This document shows, one piece after another, positions 1 to 9,977 of a DNA stretch of 64,000 nt. The position numbers were made by a program, and so were the translations under genes. Within the stretch, counting starts at the first letter, position 1, and the number at the start of each line of letters is the position of its first letter. Origin of the DNA: a virus (Duplodnaviria; Caudoviricetes); the IMG/VR virus record IMGVR_UViG_3300009314_000001. One strand, 5' to 3'. The notes below the pieces were generated by a model. That model did not search any database, was not told the origin of the DNA, and saw only the letters and a list, made by a program, of their open reading frames with translations.

Positions 1-444
1 AGGACAAGACCAACCCTTAGCAGGCCCAAACTCGAAGCCACAATCTTCAGTGACTTGAAAACCATTGCGCTCTGCTTCCGGTTTAGGAGTCCAAGTGGTC
101 CAACCGTCTTCATCGGTGTCGGTTAGAGTATATTGGTCGGTGAGTTTTTGCTTGGTTTGCTGCCAAACGTCATTATCGCAGCCCCAACAAATGAAAACGT
201 TCCGACCTAACGTTTGAGCACCTTCAAGCGTGCTCAACAACATCTTCTCGAAAACCGATTGCTCACTATCGGTTTTATCAAGAATTGTGTTGATTGGGCG
301 AGCTTTGATGGGTTTCGTCTTTTTGACTCGCCTGTACGAGAGCCCTTGAACGTTAGCCAAGGGATGCAACTCGAGCGGCAAATCCTTCAATAGCTCATTG
401 TTCCCTGTAACAGTTTTAGCAATTGATCCTAATGTAAGTTCCAT
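1..444 (-). CDS. hypothetical protein (runs off window start)
   Basis: Manual translation MELTLGSIAKTVTGNNELL... is open to position 1; absent from the ORF track. Confidence 0.7.
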   Translation of the reverse strand, partial: MELTLGSIAKTVTGNNELLKDLPLELHPLANVQGLSYRRVKKTKPIKARPINTILDKTDSEQSVFEKMLLSTLEGAQTLGRNVFICWGCDNDVWQQTKQKLTDQYTLTDTDEDGWTTWTPKPEAERNGFQVTEDCGFEFGPAKGWSCP

Positions 445-592
445 CGATGCACCTTCCCGATGCTAGGTTCACCGACTTACTGATCACCTTCTTAACTCAG
501 CTCTCAGAAGCTTTCCGACATCCTTGCCTTTTAATTCAGTAAGGATTGCCGCCTCGGTTCTTTATAAATACATCGAACTGAGCGACATATTT

Positions 593-1060
593 CTAAACAA
601 GATCTATCAAGGATTCTAATAGACGAATCCTAGCTTCTATTGGTTGCCCGCTGCCTTTTCTGACAGTCCTAAATACAAGTGAATCGAATGTGCCTTTAAG
701 ATTAGGGGCACCATATGTACCATCATTAAAATCATATCCCCAGAATAATTCTATCTCACCAGTCTCGGAACTGCCCAATCCGGTTTCTTTGATAGTCCTC
801 ATATCTTTTTGTAGTCTTGTTTGTACTGCTTGTCGAAGTTTGAGGAATACTTCTCTAGCTCCATCTATTGGTTCTTTGGGTGTATGAATTACGTGTCTGC
901 CAGATTTTAGAAGACCCAGAGGCTCTAGTACATTCCTAGCTTTTGCCATTATTAGATTACTGAAGGCCTTGAGTTTCAGTTCAAGAATGATACGGTTCGA
1001 GTGTTCTTGGTCGTGCCAAGTTTCTATAATCATTCCTTCAGCGATATATCTAAGTTTCAT
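593..1060 (-). CDS. hypothetical protein with capsid-targeting-like leader (MKLRYIAE)
   Basis: 155-aa ORF; CAAAAATA 4 nt before the ATG. Confidence 0.7.
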   Translation of the reverse strand: MKLRYIAEGMIIETWHDQEHSNRIILELKLKAFSNLIMAKARNVLEPLGLLKSGRHVIHTPKEPIDGAREVFLKLRQAVQTRLQKDMRTIKETGLGSSETGEIELFWGYDFNDGTYGAPNLKGTFDSLVFRTVRKGSGQPIEARIRLLESLIDLV

Positions 1061-1064
1061 ATGT

Positions 1065-1072
1065 TATTTTTG
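1065..1072 (-). promoter_or_regulatory. CAAAAATA motif (putative phage late promoter)
   Basis: Same octamer lies upstream of starts at 8655, 8723, 16845, 43773 and 43839. Confidence 0.4.
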
Positions 1073-1213
1073 CTAGGGCGACGAGATATATCTCCGAGCT
1101 TCTCCTTTAGCTTCCCTCGCACTCTGAGACCAGATGAGGTACAGAGGCCGTACTTAAAGAAAAACTCAGGAAAATGCCTTCCGTGGCTTCCGAGAATGCA
1201 TAAAGGGGTTTTT

Positions 1214-1879
1214 ATGTCAAAGATTTTCGGTATCGGACTTCCGAACACAGCTACAACATCGTTAGCCCATGCATTACGAAAATTAGGCTATATATGTTTA
1301 CATAATTCACCACAATGGCGTACTAAGATTTACCATGGTACTGTAAAACAACCTTACAGAGCACCGGAAGGTATGGAAGAATGGGATGCTATAACAAATT
1401 TTGGGGAATGGTTCTTTCCACAACTAGATTATGAGTATCCTAATTCCAAATTCATACTAACGCTACGACCTATAGAAGATTGGTTAAAATCAATCGAGAA
1501 ACTATTAACAAGATTCCAATTACGACTGATGGAACACAATAGAGCCCAACGAGCTGCAATCGAAATATTTGGTACCGGCGGATACCATGAGCATCGTTTA
1601 AGATATGTCTATGAACACCACAAAAAGTCAGTCATAGATTATTTCGAAGATACATCTCAATTGTTAATATTTAGTGAACCTTTTGGCTGGGAAGATTTAT
1701 GTTCTTTTCTAGATAAACCAATACCTGATATTCCATATCCATGGAAACATAGACAAAAATCTGTAGAACAACTGCTGAAAGAAAGCGAAGAACGCACGGG
1801 TTGGGTACCAAAATCTTGCACTCCTCAGAAAAAACGCTCTGTCAAATATAGAGAGGTTTCACCACAGGGTGGTGATTAA
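1214..1879 (+). CDS. sulfotransferase-family protein (Sulfotransfer_4-like)
   Basis: KIFGIGLPNTATTSLAHAL PAPS-loop-like motif, KFILTLRPIEDWLKS, GWEDLCSFL; start moved to ATG 1214 after AAAGGGG. Confidence 0.8.
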   Translation: MSKIFGIGLPNTATTSLAHALRKLGYICLHNSPQWRTKIYHGTVKQPYRAPEGMEEWDAITNFGEWFFPQLDYEYPNSKFILTLRPIEDWLKSIEKLLTRFQLRLMEHNRAQRAAIEIFGTGGYHEHRLRYVYEHHKKSVIDYFEDTSQLLIFSEPFGWEDLCSFLDKPIPDIPYPWKHRQKSVEQLLKESEERTGWVPKSCTPQKKRSVKYREVSPQGGD

Positions 1880-1914
1880 TTTTTCACTTTGGTTTGCTTT
1901 GGAGGTACCAAGCT

Positions 1915-2724
1915 ATGTTAGGTTCCATGCACACTTCTGACGTGCGCCGCTTCATCCCCCGCCTAGTTCACATCGGCGAAGCTCCGATCCAACGGAAGCA
2001 TTACAAAGATGCTCAAGGTGAACCAGGCAAACCTATAGATCTACTCGAGGATGCTGAGTACACCGTAAAAATACTCACATATCCACGCTTTAAACTTGAC
2101 TGGGGTCCAGTAGACCAATATAAGAAAGACAAATATCTACAATGGGTCAAAGACAACTGGGAAGACCACCTAACACCAAGAACTCCAGATACATTACCGA
2201 AGTCTTGGGATGACGAAATAAAATCTCTCACTTTCACTATAAGTAGCAACTATCATCACGGGATAAACCATTTCTCCCGTCTATTTGTATCAGAGTATAC
2301 CACTGAATATCGCTTTGATACAATAATTCGAGATCATTGCTTTGCAGTCGCTAGAGAAGCCATGAATGCGGCATTATATCTCCTAGCCGACTGCATCTAT
2401 GACGAAGAAAAGCAAAGTTGGGCGAGAGGTAAAAGAAAATGGGTACGTCAAATCCTAATGACTTACAAATTTTGGAGACTTCTCACCGGTCGTGGTAATG
2501 CTTGGTTCTACAGCGGTATACCAGAAATAGAAAGAACTCTTAAGGATGGATATTTAGTCAAAGGCGGTGTCGAATCATCAGACTATGCTGAAACAGTCCA
2601 GCTATACAGCAAAGTCCTAACGGACATTCGTGGGTGGGAAGAGCAACAAGAAAAGTTCTGGGCTTTTACTGCTGGCCCAAAGATTGAAGATACAGGAGAA
2701 AGTCCCGATAAGAAAGAGACGTAA
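1915..2724 (+). CDS. hypothetical protein
   Basis: Long ORF; GGAGG before ATG 1915. Confidence 0.7.
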   Translation: MLGSMHTSDVRRFIPRLVHIGEAPIQRKHYKDAQGEPGKPIDLLEDAEYTVKILTYPRFKLDWGPVDQYKKDKYLQWVKDNWEDHLTPRTPDTLPKSWDDEIKSLTFTISSNYHHGINHFSRLFVSEYTTEYRFDTIIRDHCFAVAREAMNAALYLLADCIYDEEKQSWARGKRKWVRQILMTYKFWRLLTGRGNAWFYSGIPEIERTLKDGYLVKGGVESSDYAETVQLYSKVLTDIRGWEEQQEKFWAFTAGPKIEDTGESPDKKET

Positions 2725-2989
2725 CTTTCTGAATTACTTTCTGAAGTTTGTTGTTGTATTTTGCCAAGACGTCTTCAGCACTTGGCTCTTCCTGGTGCAT
2801 CATAGCCGGGTTGTGAGTATAGACGGTTCTTAGTGTGGTTACACCATCTATTGTTGAATTCGTCTTGTGCATTACTTGTACTTGGATGAGTGGTAATTCG
2901 CTTGTTGGCGAATTCATTATACCAAGTACACGAACGATAGCCTCTGGCGGTGCATCCGCCAGAGTGAAGTCTTTTGTGAACCAGATCAT
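2666..2989 (-). CDS. hypothetical protein
   Basis: Start moved to MIWFTKDF to avoid overlap with the upstream gene. Confidence 0.55.
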   Translation of the reverse strand: MIWFTKDFTLADAPPEAIVRVLGIMNSPTSELPLIQVQVMHKTNSTIDGVTTLRTVYTHNPAMMHQEEPSAEDVLAKYNNKLQKVIQKVTSLSYRDFLLYLQSLGQQ

Positions 2990-2997
2990 CGTATGAT

Positions 2998-3288
2998 CTA
3001 ACGCTTCTTGGTAGTCCTGCGTATCGTGTTGTTTGATTCTACCATATAAGTAACTACTTGTTCGAACTTCTCGAAAGCGTCGAACATTGCATCCATAACA
3101 GCGTGTTTGGATGTAACTTTTACCACCTTTGGTAGTATCGTTCCACCTTTTGTTGTGTTCACACAATCCCGAGCAATTTGCTCTGCTTCTTCGGGATCGT
3201 CGCCGAGCCCACCAAAGAAAACACCTTGAAGCGTAATCTCATCCTTGTCTGTTTGAATTTTGGCGTAAGCTACCACGAATTTTTCCAT
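2998..3288 (-). CDS. hypothetical protein
   Basis: MEKFVVAYAKIQ... start after a purine-rich stretch. Confidence 0.65.
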   Translation of the reverse strand: MEKFVVAYAKIQTDKDEITLQGVFFGGLGDDPEEAEQIARDCVNTTKGGTILPKVVKVTSKHAVMDAMFDAFEKFEQVVTYMVESNNTIRRTTKKR

Positions 3289-3356
3289 GGTCCTTGTCCC
3301 TGTTCCCCTTCGTTCCATCAAAGTGCATCCGGTCGTCACTGGTCTCTCCTTTTTGA

Positions 3357-3818
3357 CTAATCGCCAGATGATCCAAAACCACTTTCTCCTCTTTGATTAT
3401 AACATGAGCTGAAGTCTTCTACTAGTCTGAATTCAGCATCATATTGCTTGTGAAGGATTATTTGAGCTATCCTATCGCCTTTTGCGACTTGGTACGGCTC
3501 ATCATTAACATTAACAAGAGACACAACTACCTCACCCGTATATGTAGCGTCGATAATACCTCGATTAGGGAATATTCCACGCATCCAAAGACCGGATCGG
3601 CCTTCGATAGTATAATAAAAACCCGGTGGGGCAGAAATTAATATACCTGTTTTGACGATCGTAGCCGTATTAGGTGTGAGTTCCTTATTTTCGATCGAAT
3701 AGATATCGTACCCACAATCAGTCTCACGCTTACGAAAAGGTAATTTGGCATCAGGATGAATAAACTTTACCTCCAACCTGACTACCGAGAGATGTGTAGG
3801 AATTGATGTTGCTATCAT
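3357..3818 (-). CDS. dut: trimeric dUTPase
   Basis: GYDIYS, GRSG, GIIDATYTGE, GDRIAQ and RGESGFGSSG motifs. Confidence 0.95.
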   Translation of the reverse strand: MIATSIPTHLSVVRLEVKFIHPDAKLPFRKRETDCGYDIYSIENKELTPNTATIVKTGILISAPPGFYYTIEGRSGLWMRGIFPNRGIIDATYTGEVVVSLVNVNDEPYQVAKGDRIAQIILHKQYDAEFRLVEDFSSCYNQRGESGFGSSGD

Positions 3819-4098
3819 GATAGAGTATCCTTACTGGCGATATACAGCCTACAATCACGAATTCCAAGTCGTAGAGGGTTTGATTACTGGCAAGACCTTC
3901 CCTAGCATAGCCCTGAAACTTAGACAGGAGGGGCTATCAGTAATCCGAGCTGATAGAATTAGCCCCTCCCAATACAGAGCTGGAATGCAAGTATCCAAGA
4001 TGAAACACCTAATAAAGCCAAAAGACACAAAACAAAGGTCCGGCTGTCCAATACGTAGGTTGTTCTCTTGGCTAATTTCGCCATTTCTTAAACGGTGA
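3817..4098 (+). CDS. small protein resembling the cytoplasmic N-terminus of PilC/GspF
   Basis: WRYTAYN..QVVEGLI...IALKLRQEGLSVI fits the Y-x-A..G..LR..GL pattern; no transmembrane segments. Confidence 0.55.
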   Translation: MIEYPYWRYTAYNHEFQVVEGLITGKTFPSIALKLRQEGLSVIRADRISPSQYRAGMQVSKMKHLIKPKDTKQRSGCPIRRLFSWLISPFLKR

Positions 4099-4798
4099 AA
4101 CGCTCCCTCTCAGATAGCACCCGAACTAAATCACCAACTACAAATTCGACTACTTGTTCCTGTGGTACGGAAGCATCCACATAAACAATATTATCAAGTG
4201 CCACACACCTATTAACCAACATCAAGACTTCTGGAGGAGCAGTAGCTAATCCATCATAAATCTTAGCCACCTTTCTATGATAATCGTGGCCAAGTTTATC
4301 ATACCTATCCTTTTTTCTCCCATCATCTTGAACTCTCGCCATTGCCTCCTCAACCCGACAACTAAAAATATATAATCTATCCGCAAGAGGAGGTACAACA
4401 AGACTATATAATCTACCAATCTCTTCTAGAGGAAGACCATCAGCACAACCAAAAGCAAGTCCACTAATATAAGAACTTCTATCGGCGAACACTACTTTCT
4501 TAGCCTCGAGCGACGGCTCCAGAATCGACTTGATAAATGATACAGTATCGGCTAGATATAGTACTTGCCTAGATAAATGATCTATTTCAATATTCGGATC
4601 AATTTCCTCAGGGTGTCTGATCAATTGTCTTATATGCTTACCGAGTGGAGTACTACCTGGATTATGAGTATTGACAATTTCAAGTTCCGGTGCAACCCCC
4701 GACAATCTCTTAGCTAACTCCTCAGAAGCTTTTAGCATAGTGCTAGTTTTACCACAACCATCGATACCCTCAAAGATCGCATATAATCCTCTTTTCAT
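4088..4798 (-). CDS. tmk: thymidylate kinase
   Basis: FEGIDGCGKTS P-loop, NPGSTPLG, ADR motif. Confidence 0.92.
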   Translation of the reverse strand: MKRGLYAIFEGIDGCGKTSTMLKASEELAKRLSGVAPELEIVNTHNPGSTPLGKHIRQLIRHPEEIDPNIEIDHLSRQVLYLADTVSFIKSILEPSLEAKKVVFADRSSYISGLAFGCADGLPLEEIGRLYSLVVPPLADRLYIFSCRVEEAMARVQDDGRKKDRYDKLGHDYHRKVAKIYDGLATAPPEVLMLVNRCVALDNIVYVDASVPQEQVVEFVVGDLVRVLSERERFTV

Positions 4799-4807
4799 TT
4801 CTTCTCC

Positions 4808-5272
4808 TCATCTTCGTGGGTTTTTAGGGATACACAAAAGTTTGTGATTTTCCCATTCAGTCTCAAGAAAACAATTCTCTGCCTTTACGGCCTTCAATAC
4901 ATTTACAAATTTTCTTGCCTGGCCAGCTGCACGCCATATTGCTTTTTCATAATTGCTTAGTGATCTAGTCTTCATTGGTCTAGTGCCTTGCCTGTATAAT
5001 CGTAGTGCTTTCTTATCGGAGCACTTTCTACAGACTTTTATCTCTCCCACCATTCTCCTTCGGAGTTTACCAGCAAGCCGCCACAAATCTCGTTCAAGCA
5101 CTTTGGCTTTTTCTACCGCATCACCGCTTGTGATAAAATAATCACGCGGATCCACATGTTCCGCCTTTATTTTGAAATCCTTTGGGTTTACGAATTCAAC
5201 GTGCTCCAATATTATTAGTTCATATACGGAAGCAACGACGTCATCACCAATTTTAGGATAATCGTCTGGCAT
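4808..5272 (-). CDS. hypothetical protein
   Basis: 154-aa ORF packed in the operon. Confidence 0.65.
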   Translation of the reverse strand: MPDDYPKIGDDVVASVYELIILEHVEFVNPKDFKIKAEHVDPRDYFITSGDAVEKAKVLERDLWRLAGKLRRRMVGEIKVCRKCSDKKALRLYRQGTRPMKTRSLSNYEKAIWRAAGQARKFVNVLKAVKAENCFLETEWENHKLLCIPKNPRR

Positions 5273-5579
5273 TATTAAGCTCTCGTAGAAATTCTATAAT
5301 AATGCCCCAATCACCTCTGATCGGGACATAGACAAAACCACTGGATTTCACTGTCAATTCAAATTCCTTCGCCAATCTATCTACGCGTAATTCCCCATTA
5401 GTGGACTTACAAGAGAATTTTATAGTTATAGCCAGATCGTTATCTTCAACGTTGATTATACTATATCCGAATTGCTCGACGGCATTACATATATAGTCTA
5501 AAACCACATCTGTGATTTTATATCTAATATCAAAGAGAGCACTAGAGATAGGTTCTGGAAGCATACCCTTCAAATACAA
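5253..5579 (-). CDS. hypothetical protein
   Basis: 108-aa ORF; ATG 5564 is an alternative start. Confidence 0.6.
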   Translation of the reverse strand: MYLKGMLPEPISSALFDIRYKITDVVLDYICNAVEQFGYSIINVEDNDLAITIKFSCKSTNGELRVDRLAKEFELTVKSSGFVYVPIRGDWGIIIEFLRELNNARRLS

Positions 5580-5581
5580 CG

Positions 5582-5606
5582 AGAGCCGCCAAAAATTGGC
5601 GGCTCT
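5582..5606. terminator. GC-rich intergenic hairpin (probable terminator)
   Basis: AGAGCCGCC-AAAAATT-GGCGGCTCT perfect stem; weak U-tract. Confidence 0.55.
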
Positions 5607-5645
5607 ACGTTGCTTGAAGAGGTTTTGGACGTGACTTACGCTCGC

Positions 5646-5864
5646 TTAGTCCCCAACATCGGGATATTTCCTTTTTACCGCTGCCCGCACTTTTTTCTTC
5701 TCGGCAGGGCTCCCATGCTGTGAAACACGCGATAAAGCATTTCTAGCATGGGATTTATCGTGGATTGGGTATCTTCTCTCACCAGGAAAAACAAAAGAAG
5801 AATCATCAAGATTCTTACGAGCCTTAGTCGTGAGCTTCTTTTCGACTATTTGTCTGAGGCGCAT
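5646..5864 (-). CDS. small basic phage protein (DUF6582-like), probably virion-associated
   Basis: RRYPIHDKSHARNALSRV motif recalled from phage head-associated proteins; leader MRLRQIVE. Confidence 0.6.
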   Translation of the reverse strand: MRLRQIVEKKLTTKARKNLDDSSFVFPGERRYPIHDKSHARNALSRVSQHGSPAEKKKVRAAVKRKYPDVGD

Positions 5865-5865
5865 C

Positions 5866-8655
5866 TTACCGTCTTGGCCTAGGCTTCATGCCCTCCCGGC
5901 GCTTCTTTTCAGCACCAACCCCGTGCGACATACGTGAATAGTCTTGACTTTCTGGAGAGAAAGGCACGTTGGCATTCAACTTTTGCATCGGCTTTTCACG
6001 TCTGCGGCCTTTCACGGCCATTTCTGCACCTTCATCGTCAGGAAGGTATGGGCCTTCTTCGACCCGTACAGCAGAGCCCCAATTGTGACGCAACACTCGA
6101 CAAGTATGACCTTCCGCTACCATATTATTAGCAAAAGCCTCAGCGTGTCGACCAAACCGGAACAAAGCCTTGTTGCCTTCTGAGAGTGGCATTCGCCCCC
6201 TGACAGGAATCATCGGTACGCGATGCGTCAATCGTACATTCTTACCTTCCATGAAGTACGCTTCCAGAACAACCCGCCTAACAGGATGCATCTGCAGCAA
6301 TTCCTCCACATCAGCAAGAGCTTCCGACAATTGCCTTCGAGGACTCGTACGATTCACTGAGCCATCTCTCTCCTTGACAAGACAGGTAAATGCAATACCG
6401 AATTTCCCTCTCAAGCTACCAGCAGCTTCCGTCAAGGACTTACGAACGTGTTTTGCTAACCTTGAGACGTTCTCCTTAACCGTTGCTGGTGCTTTCTTCT
6501 CAGTACCGTCAATCGTTGGTGTTCCCTCAAGATTATTCTTCTGACTCTTACCAAGGGGTTCACCTAATTCTTTACCATCATCAGGACCTGGTTGATCCTT
6601 TTCGGCCAAGAAGTGTGAGGGATTATTTGGTCCACCACCGGCTCCACCGATTTGTGTGCCACCCATCTTCTCCATGGCGTTAGCCTTGGTATCACTTCCG
6701 AGTGTAAGAGCTTCGGATAGTGGCTGGAAGGTGGGGAATTTGTTCATCAATTGCTGGAGGGACGCCTGTACTTTACTTGGAGCACGTCGAGGATTGACAT
6801 TACCAGCATAGTATTGCCAGGATTTTGTCAGGGCCTCGCCGATTGATTGTGTACCGGCACCTTGGTTGCGACCAATAATGTTTCTGGCGGAAACCAGGAA
6901 TTCGCGGATGGATTTGTGATTTCGTGGGCTGAAGACGCGAGATTCTTCGAGTTCGGATTCTTCGCCCTCTTCGTCGAATAGACCCAGTTCATCGAAATCA
7001 TCCGGTGCACTATAGGTATCTTCTGGGCCTAGAGGAGGGCCACCCATCTCATCCATCTCGGCTTCATAGTCCATGGATGCGTCGATATCTTCTTCAGTGT
7101 CAAATCCAGGACTTGGGCCGCCCATACCCATATCCGATGGAATACCCTCTTCTCCTCCCATAAAGCCTAATTGCCCACCACATTCTGGGCAAGTATCTTC
7201 TTCTGGGCCAAGATAACCACATTCTGGGCATTCGTCAAAAGCACTTCCGTGCATGCCAAAATGCCCAGGACCGGTCATAGCGTCCATACCGCGAGAAGCA
7301 CCAAGACGTTCACCATATTCTGGGTCAAGATCTGGATCACCACCGTAGACATCTGGTTCGGCACCAATATCCATACCGAATGGGTCACCTCCTGCTCCAA
7401 ATTCACCGAATCCAGCGTCTTCTTCTCTGTCGAGAGTACTACCTCTTATAGCCTCTATACCAGGTTCTCTCTCCTGGAGTTCAGAGAAGGTTCGTCCAAA
7501 AGGGCGTTCCCGGCCCTCCGAGCAGCCGGATTCCCATGGCTTGCAGCCACTGTCATTACCGCCGCCATCGTCATCATCGTCGTCGGAACCGCCATCATCG
7601 GAACCGCTATCGTCGGAACCGCTATCATCAGAACCACTTTCCCACGGCTTACCACCGCCAGAACCACCAGAATCACCACCGCCGGAGTCGTCTCCGTCAT
7701 CGCCCTCGTCGCTATCACCGTCCCATGATCCACCATTTATTGGTGGTGCAGCACCGGGAAATGGTTTACCTTCGGCTAACGGCGTAGGCACCCAATAAAT
7801 GCCATTTGCATCTTCACCCTCGTAGAAGATGAATTCTCTATTCTCACGCATGAGCTGCAAGATAGAGGTCACATCCAGGTGATAATCAGCACCATGGGCT
7901 GCACAAAGCCTCTCGAAATCCTCGAGACAAACCGCTTCGGTCTCTCGTGCATACGAATCGAAGAGGCCTTGAAGATTCACATCCTCATCAATAAGCTTAC
8001 CAAATAGTTCAGGACTCCAACTTTCATTGGGTTGACCCATTTGTGGAGGACTGGTACCAGTAATTGGTCCATCCGTTGGCATTTTCTGCGGCGTGCCAGC
8101 GTTGTCCATTTCATCTTGGGCTGAACCGCCCTGAAGAGTACCACCATCTGACCAGCGATTGCCTTCGAAGGGCTCGGCTACACCGCTACCGGTGTTCTTT
8201 GCCTCGTCTGGCCAGTTGTGGCCCATCTCTTCTTGGTGACCATCTTTGGGATCACCAACTGAACTTTCGTGGCTTCCCTGTGGGCCGCTGCAAACTCCGT
8301 CATCGTTGACGTCGCTCATTGCGGGGGTGTCTTTGTGATCTCTCACCCATTCTTTGCCTTGGTTGGACGTAGCGGTATCATAGGCACCAACTTTGTCCTT
8401 TTTTGGTTTTCTTTCGGCAACACCGTCACCAGTCGGACTTGGCATCTGGTAGTCGCCAGGATCGTATTCCCCACCACTGAATTTGGGGTCCCACTCTCTG
8501 ATGACAGGTTGTCTTCTAGTCATTGTTTTCTCCGATACGTCGTTAACGCCGTTAGCGTCCTCATCCTCGTCTTCTTCATCCGTGATATCATAAGGCCCCG
8601 GCGTAATTGCTATTGCTCCGGTGCCGGTAAATGATTCAAACCACGAGTATTTCAT
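5866..8655 (-). CDS. 929-aa acidic low-complexity protein, putative inner-head protein
   Basis: D/E/G-rich, CPEC..CPEC zinc ribbon, KPFPGAAPP shared with 50563-53586, N-terminal ESFTGTGAIA. Confidence 0.75.
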   Translation of the reverse strand: MKYSWFESFTGTGAIAITPGPYDITDEEDEDEDANGVNDVSEKTMTRRQPVIREWDPKFSGGEYDPGDYQMPSPTGDGVAERKPKKDKVGAYDTATSNQGKEWVRDHKDTPAMSDVNDDGVCSGPQGSHESSVGDPKDGHQEEMGHNWPDEAKNTGSGVAEPFEGNRWSDGGTLQGGSAQDEMDNAGTPQKMPTDGPITGTSPPQMGQPNESWSPELFGKLIDEDVNLQGLFDSYARETEAVCLEDFERLCAAHGADYHLDVTSILQLMRENREFIFYEGEDANGIYWVPTPLAEGKPFPGAAPPINGGSWDGDSDEGDDGDDSGGGDSGGSGGGKPWESGSDDSGSDDSGSDDGGSDDDDDDGGGNDSGCKPWESGCSEGRERPFGRTFSELQEREPGIEAIRGSTLDREEDAGFGEFGAGGDPFGMDIGAEPDVYGGDPDLDPEYGERLGASRGMDAMTGPGHFGMHGSAFDECPECGYLGPEEDTCPECGGQLGFMGGEEGIPSDMGMGGPSPGFDTEEDIDASMDYEAEMDEMGGPPLGPEDTYSAPDDFDELGLFDEEGEESELEESRVFSPRNHKSIREFLVSARNIIGRNQGAGTQSIGEALTKSWQYYAGNVNPRRAPSKVQASLQQLMNKFPTFQPLSEALTLGSDTKANAMEKMGGTQIGGAGGGPNNPSHFLAEKDQPGPDDGKELGEPLGKSQKNNLEGTPTIDGTEKKAPATVKENVSRLAKHVRKSLTEAAGSLRGKFGIAFTCLVKERDGSVNRTSPRRQLSEALADVEELLQMHPVRRVVLEAYFMEGKNVRLTHRVPMIPVRGRMPLSEGNKALFRFGRHAEAFANNMVAEGHTCRVLRHNWGSAVRVEEGPYLPDDEGAEMAVKGRRREKPMQKLNANVPFSPESQDYSRMSHGVGAEKKRREGMKPRPRR

Positions 8656-8667
8656 TTTAACCTATAG

Positions 8668-8675
8668 TATTTTTG
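8668..8675 (-). promoter_or_regulatory. CAAAAATA motif
   Basis: 12 nt upstream of ATG 8655. Confidence 0.4.
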
Positions 8676-8709
8676 CCTAACTTCAGGAATCTCCACATAA
8701 GTCAAACCC

Positions 8710-8717
8710 CAAAAATA
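8710..8717 (+). promoter_or_regulatory. CAAAAATA motif
   Basis: 5 nt upstream of ATG 8723, no SD. Confidence 0.4.
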
Positions 8718-8722
8718 AATTT

Positions 8723-9544
8723 ATGCGAATAGGACTGCTGACACAACGTTCTCAGAATATAGGCGATGATATCCAAAACTTCGCTACCTCTAGATTATTA
8801 CCAAGAATCGATTGCCTAGTCAATAGGGATAATTACGCTGTTTCAGCCATTACTGATAACAAGGACGCAGAAATACTATTAGTAATGGCTGCCTGGCATA
8901 AATTTAATCCACATATCTGGCCACCACCCGACAATATAATTCCCATATTTGTAGGAACACACCTATCCGACCAAAATGACGCCTATCTTTGGATGATCAA
9001 TCGTAAATCATATTTCAAAAAGTACGAACCAATAGGTTGTAGAGATTACCACACTGTCAAGGCACTTCAATCTGCAGGTATCGAAGCATATTTTAGTGGT
9101 TGTGCAACTCTAACATTAGATGATTATCGTGCTTCAACCAAAAAGCCTAGGATACCTCTTTGCCTAGCAGAAATGAAAAATGATCATGGTAGAAGTATAC
9201 GTGCTCATGCCAAGAATTCCAAGATCGTCAGAACCACGCATTACCTAAAAAGAAAAGATGTTTCCTGGAAAAAACGAATTAAATTAGCCAAAAAATTATT
9301 GGGAATCTACTACAGGTCATCTATTGTCATAACTACCAGGTTGCACGCATATCTACCGGCAATCGCATTTGGTAATACAGCTATCTTAGTCGGTGAACTA
9401 AATGTCAGAACTGCAGATTATATAAAAACATTTGACCGCCAAGAATTGTCAAGGAGGTTTAGAACAGCTCTATCTAAAGCTCTTGCAGACCATGGTGTTC
9501 TAGATAATCAATCAGTTCATCGAACCGATCTTCAGAATGAGTAG
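8723..9544 (+). CDS. polysaccharide pyruvyl transferase family protein
   Basis: NIGDDIQ, IGCRD, SGCATLTL, ITTRLHAYLPAIAFG. Confidence 0.85.
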   Translation: MRIGLLTQRSQNIGDDIQNFATSRLLPRIDCLVNRDNYAVSAITDNKDAEILLVMAAWHKFNPHIWPPPDNIIPIFVGTHLSDQNDAYLWMINRKSYFKKYEPIGCRDYHTVKALQSAGIEAYFSGCATLTLDDYRASTKKPRIPLCLAEMKNDHGRSIRAHAKNSKIVRTTHYLKRKDVSWKKRIKLAKKLLGIYYRSSIVITTRLHAYLPAIAFGNTAILVGELNVRTADYIKTFDRQELSRRFRTALSKALADHGVLDNQSVHRTDLQNE

Positions 9545-9977
9545 CACCATAATCTATTCCATCACCACGAGTGCGTCTAATTTGACCAGGACGGTCATTT
9601 CCTCTAGCAGTAGCATTCGCCATATATTTAGACTTAGCACGAGACCGTTCAGGCCCATCAGAGACTCGTGGCGTACTGCCGGTCATATTATTGGGTGAAT
9701 CCTCGTCGGTATCCCCACTAGATCGCACTAATTGTGGAATATGGTCTCTCTGGTGCTCCTGTTGTTCAGGAGACATAGCCGGAGAGGGACCACCGAATTC
9801 CATCCCCTCCCAGAAATCTATCTCCTCATTCAACTCCTCACAAAGCTCGTTAAGAGTTGCCTCATCATCAACTACTTGCTCTTCATCGCCAGTAGGATTT
9901 AATCTAGTATAGACACCATCACGCCTTTCGAATTCTTCATCATCGTCAGGCGATACTACCGGCATATCTTTAGCCAT
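9474..9977 (-). CDS. acidic hypothetical protein
   Basis: 167-aa ORF with repeated LNE/LxE sites. Confidence 0.65.
   Translation of the reverse strand: MAKDMPVVSPDDDEEFERRDGVYTRLNPTGDEEQVVDDEATLNELCEELNEEIDFWEGMEFGGPSPAMSPEQQEHQRDHIPQLVRSSGDTDEDSPNNMTGSTPRVSDGPERSRAKSKYMANATARGNDRPGQIRRTRGDGIDYGATHSEDRFDELIDYLEHHGLQEL

Noticed and set aside
563-570. Perfect T4 late promoter TATAAATA
   Set aside because: A single copy on the plus strand, with no plus-strand gene start for about 640 nt.
3357-4798. DNA hypermodification pathway (dUTPase, dTMP kinase, GTs, radical SAM)
   Set aside because: No base-hydroxymethylase, thymidylate-synthase-like or DNA-glycosyltransferase signature was recognised. 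The enzymes fit surface glycans better, though genes outside the window could change this.
7540-7720. Short repeats (ATCGTCGGAACCGC-like; also 15720-15830 and 52020-52160)
   Set aside because: They encode D/G/S/E low-complexity protein. There are no constant repeats with unique spacers, so no CRISPR array; no cas genes were seen.
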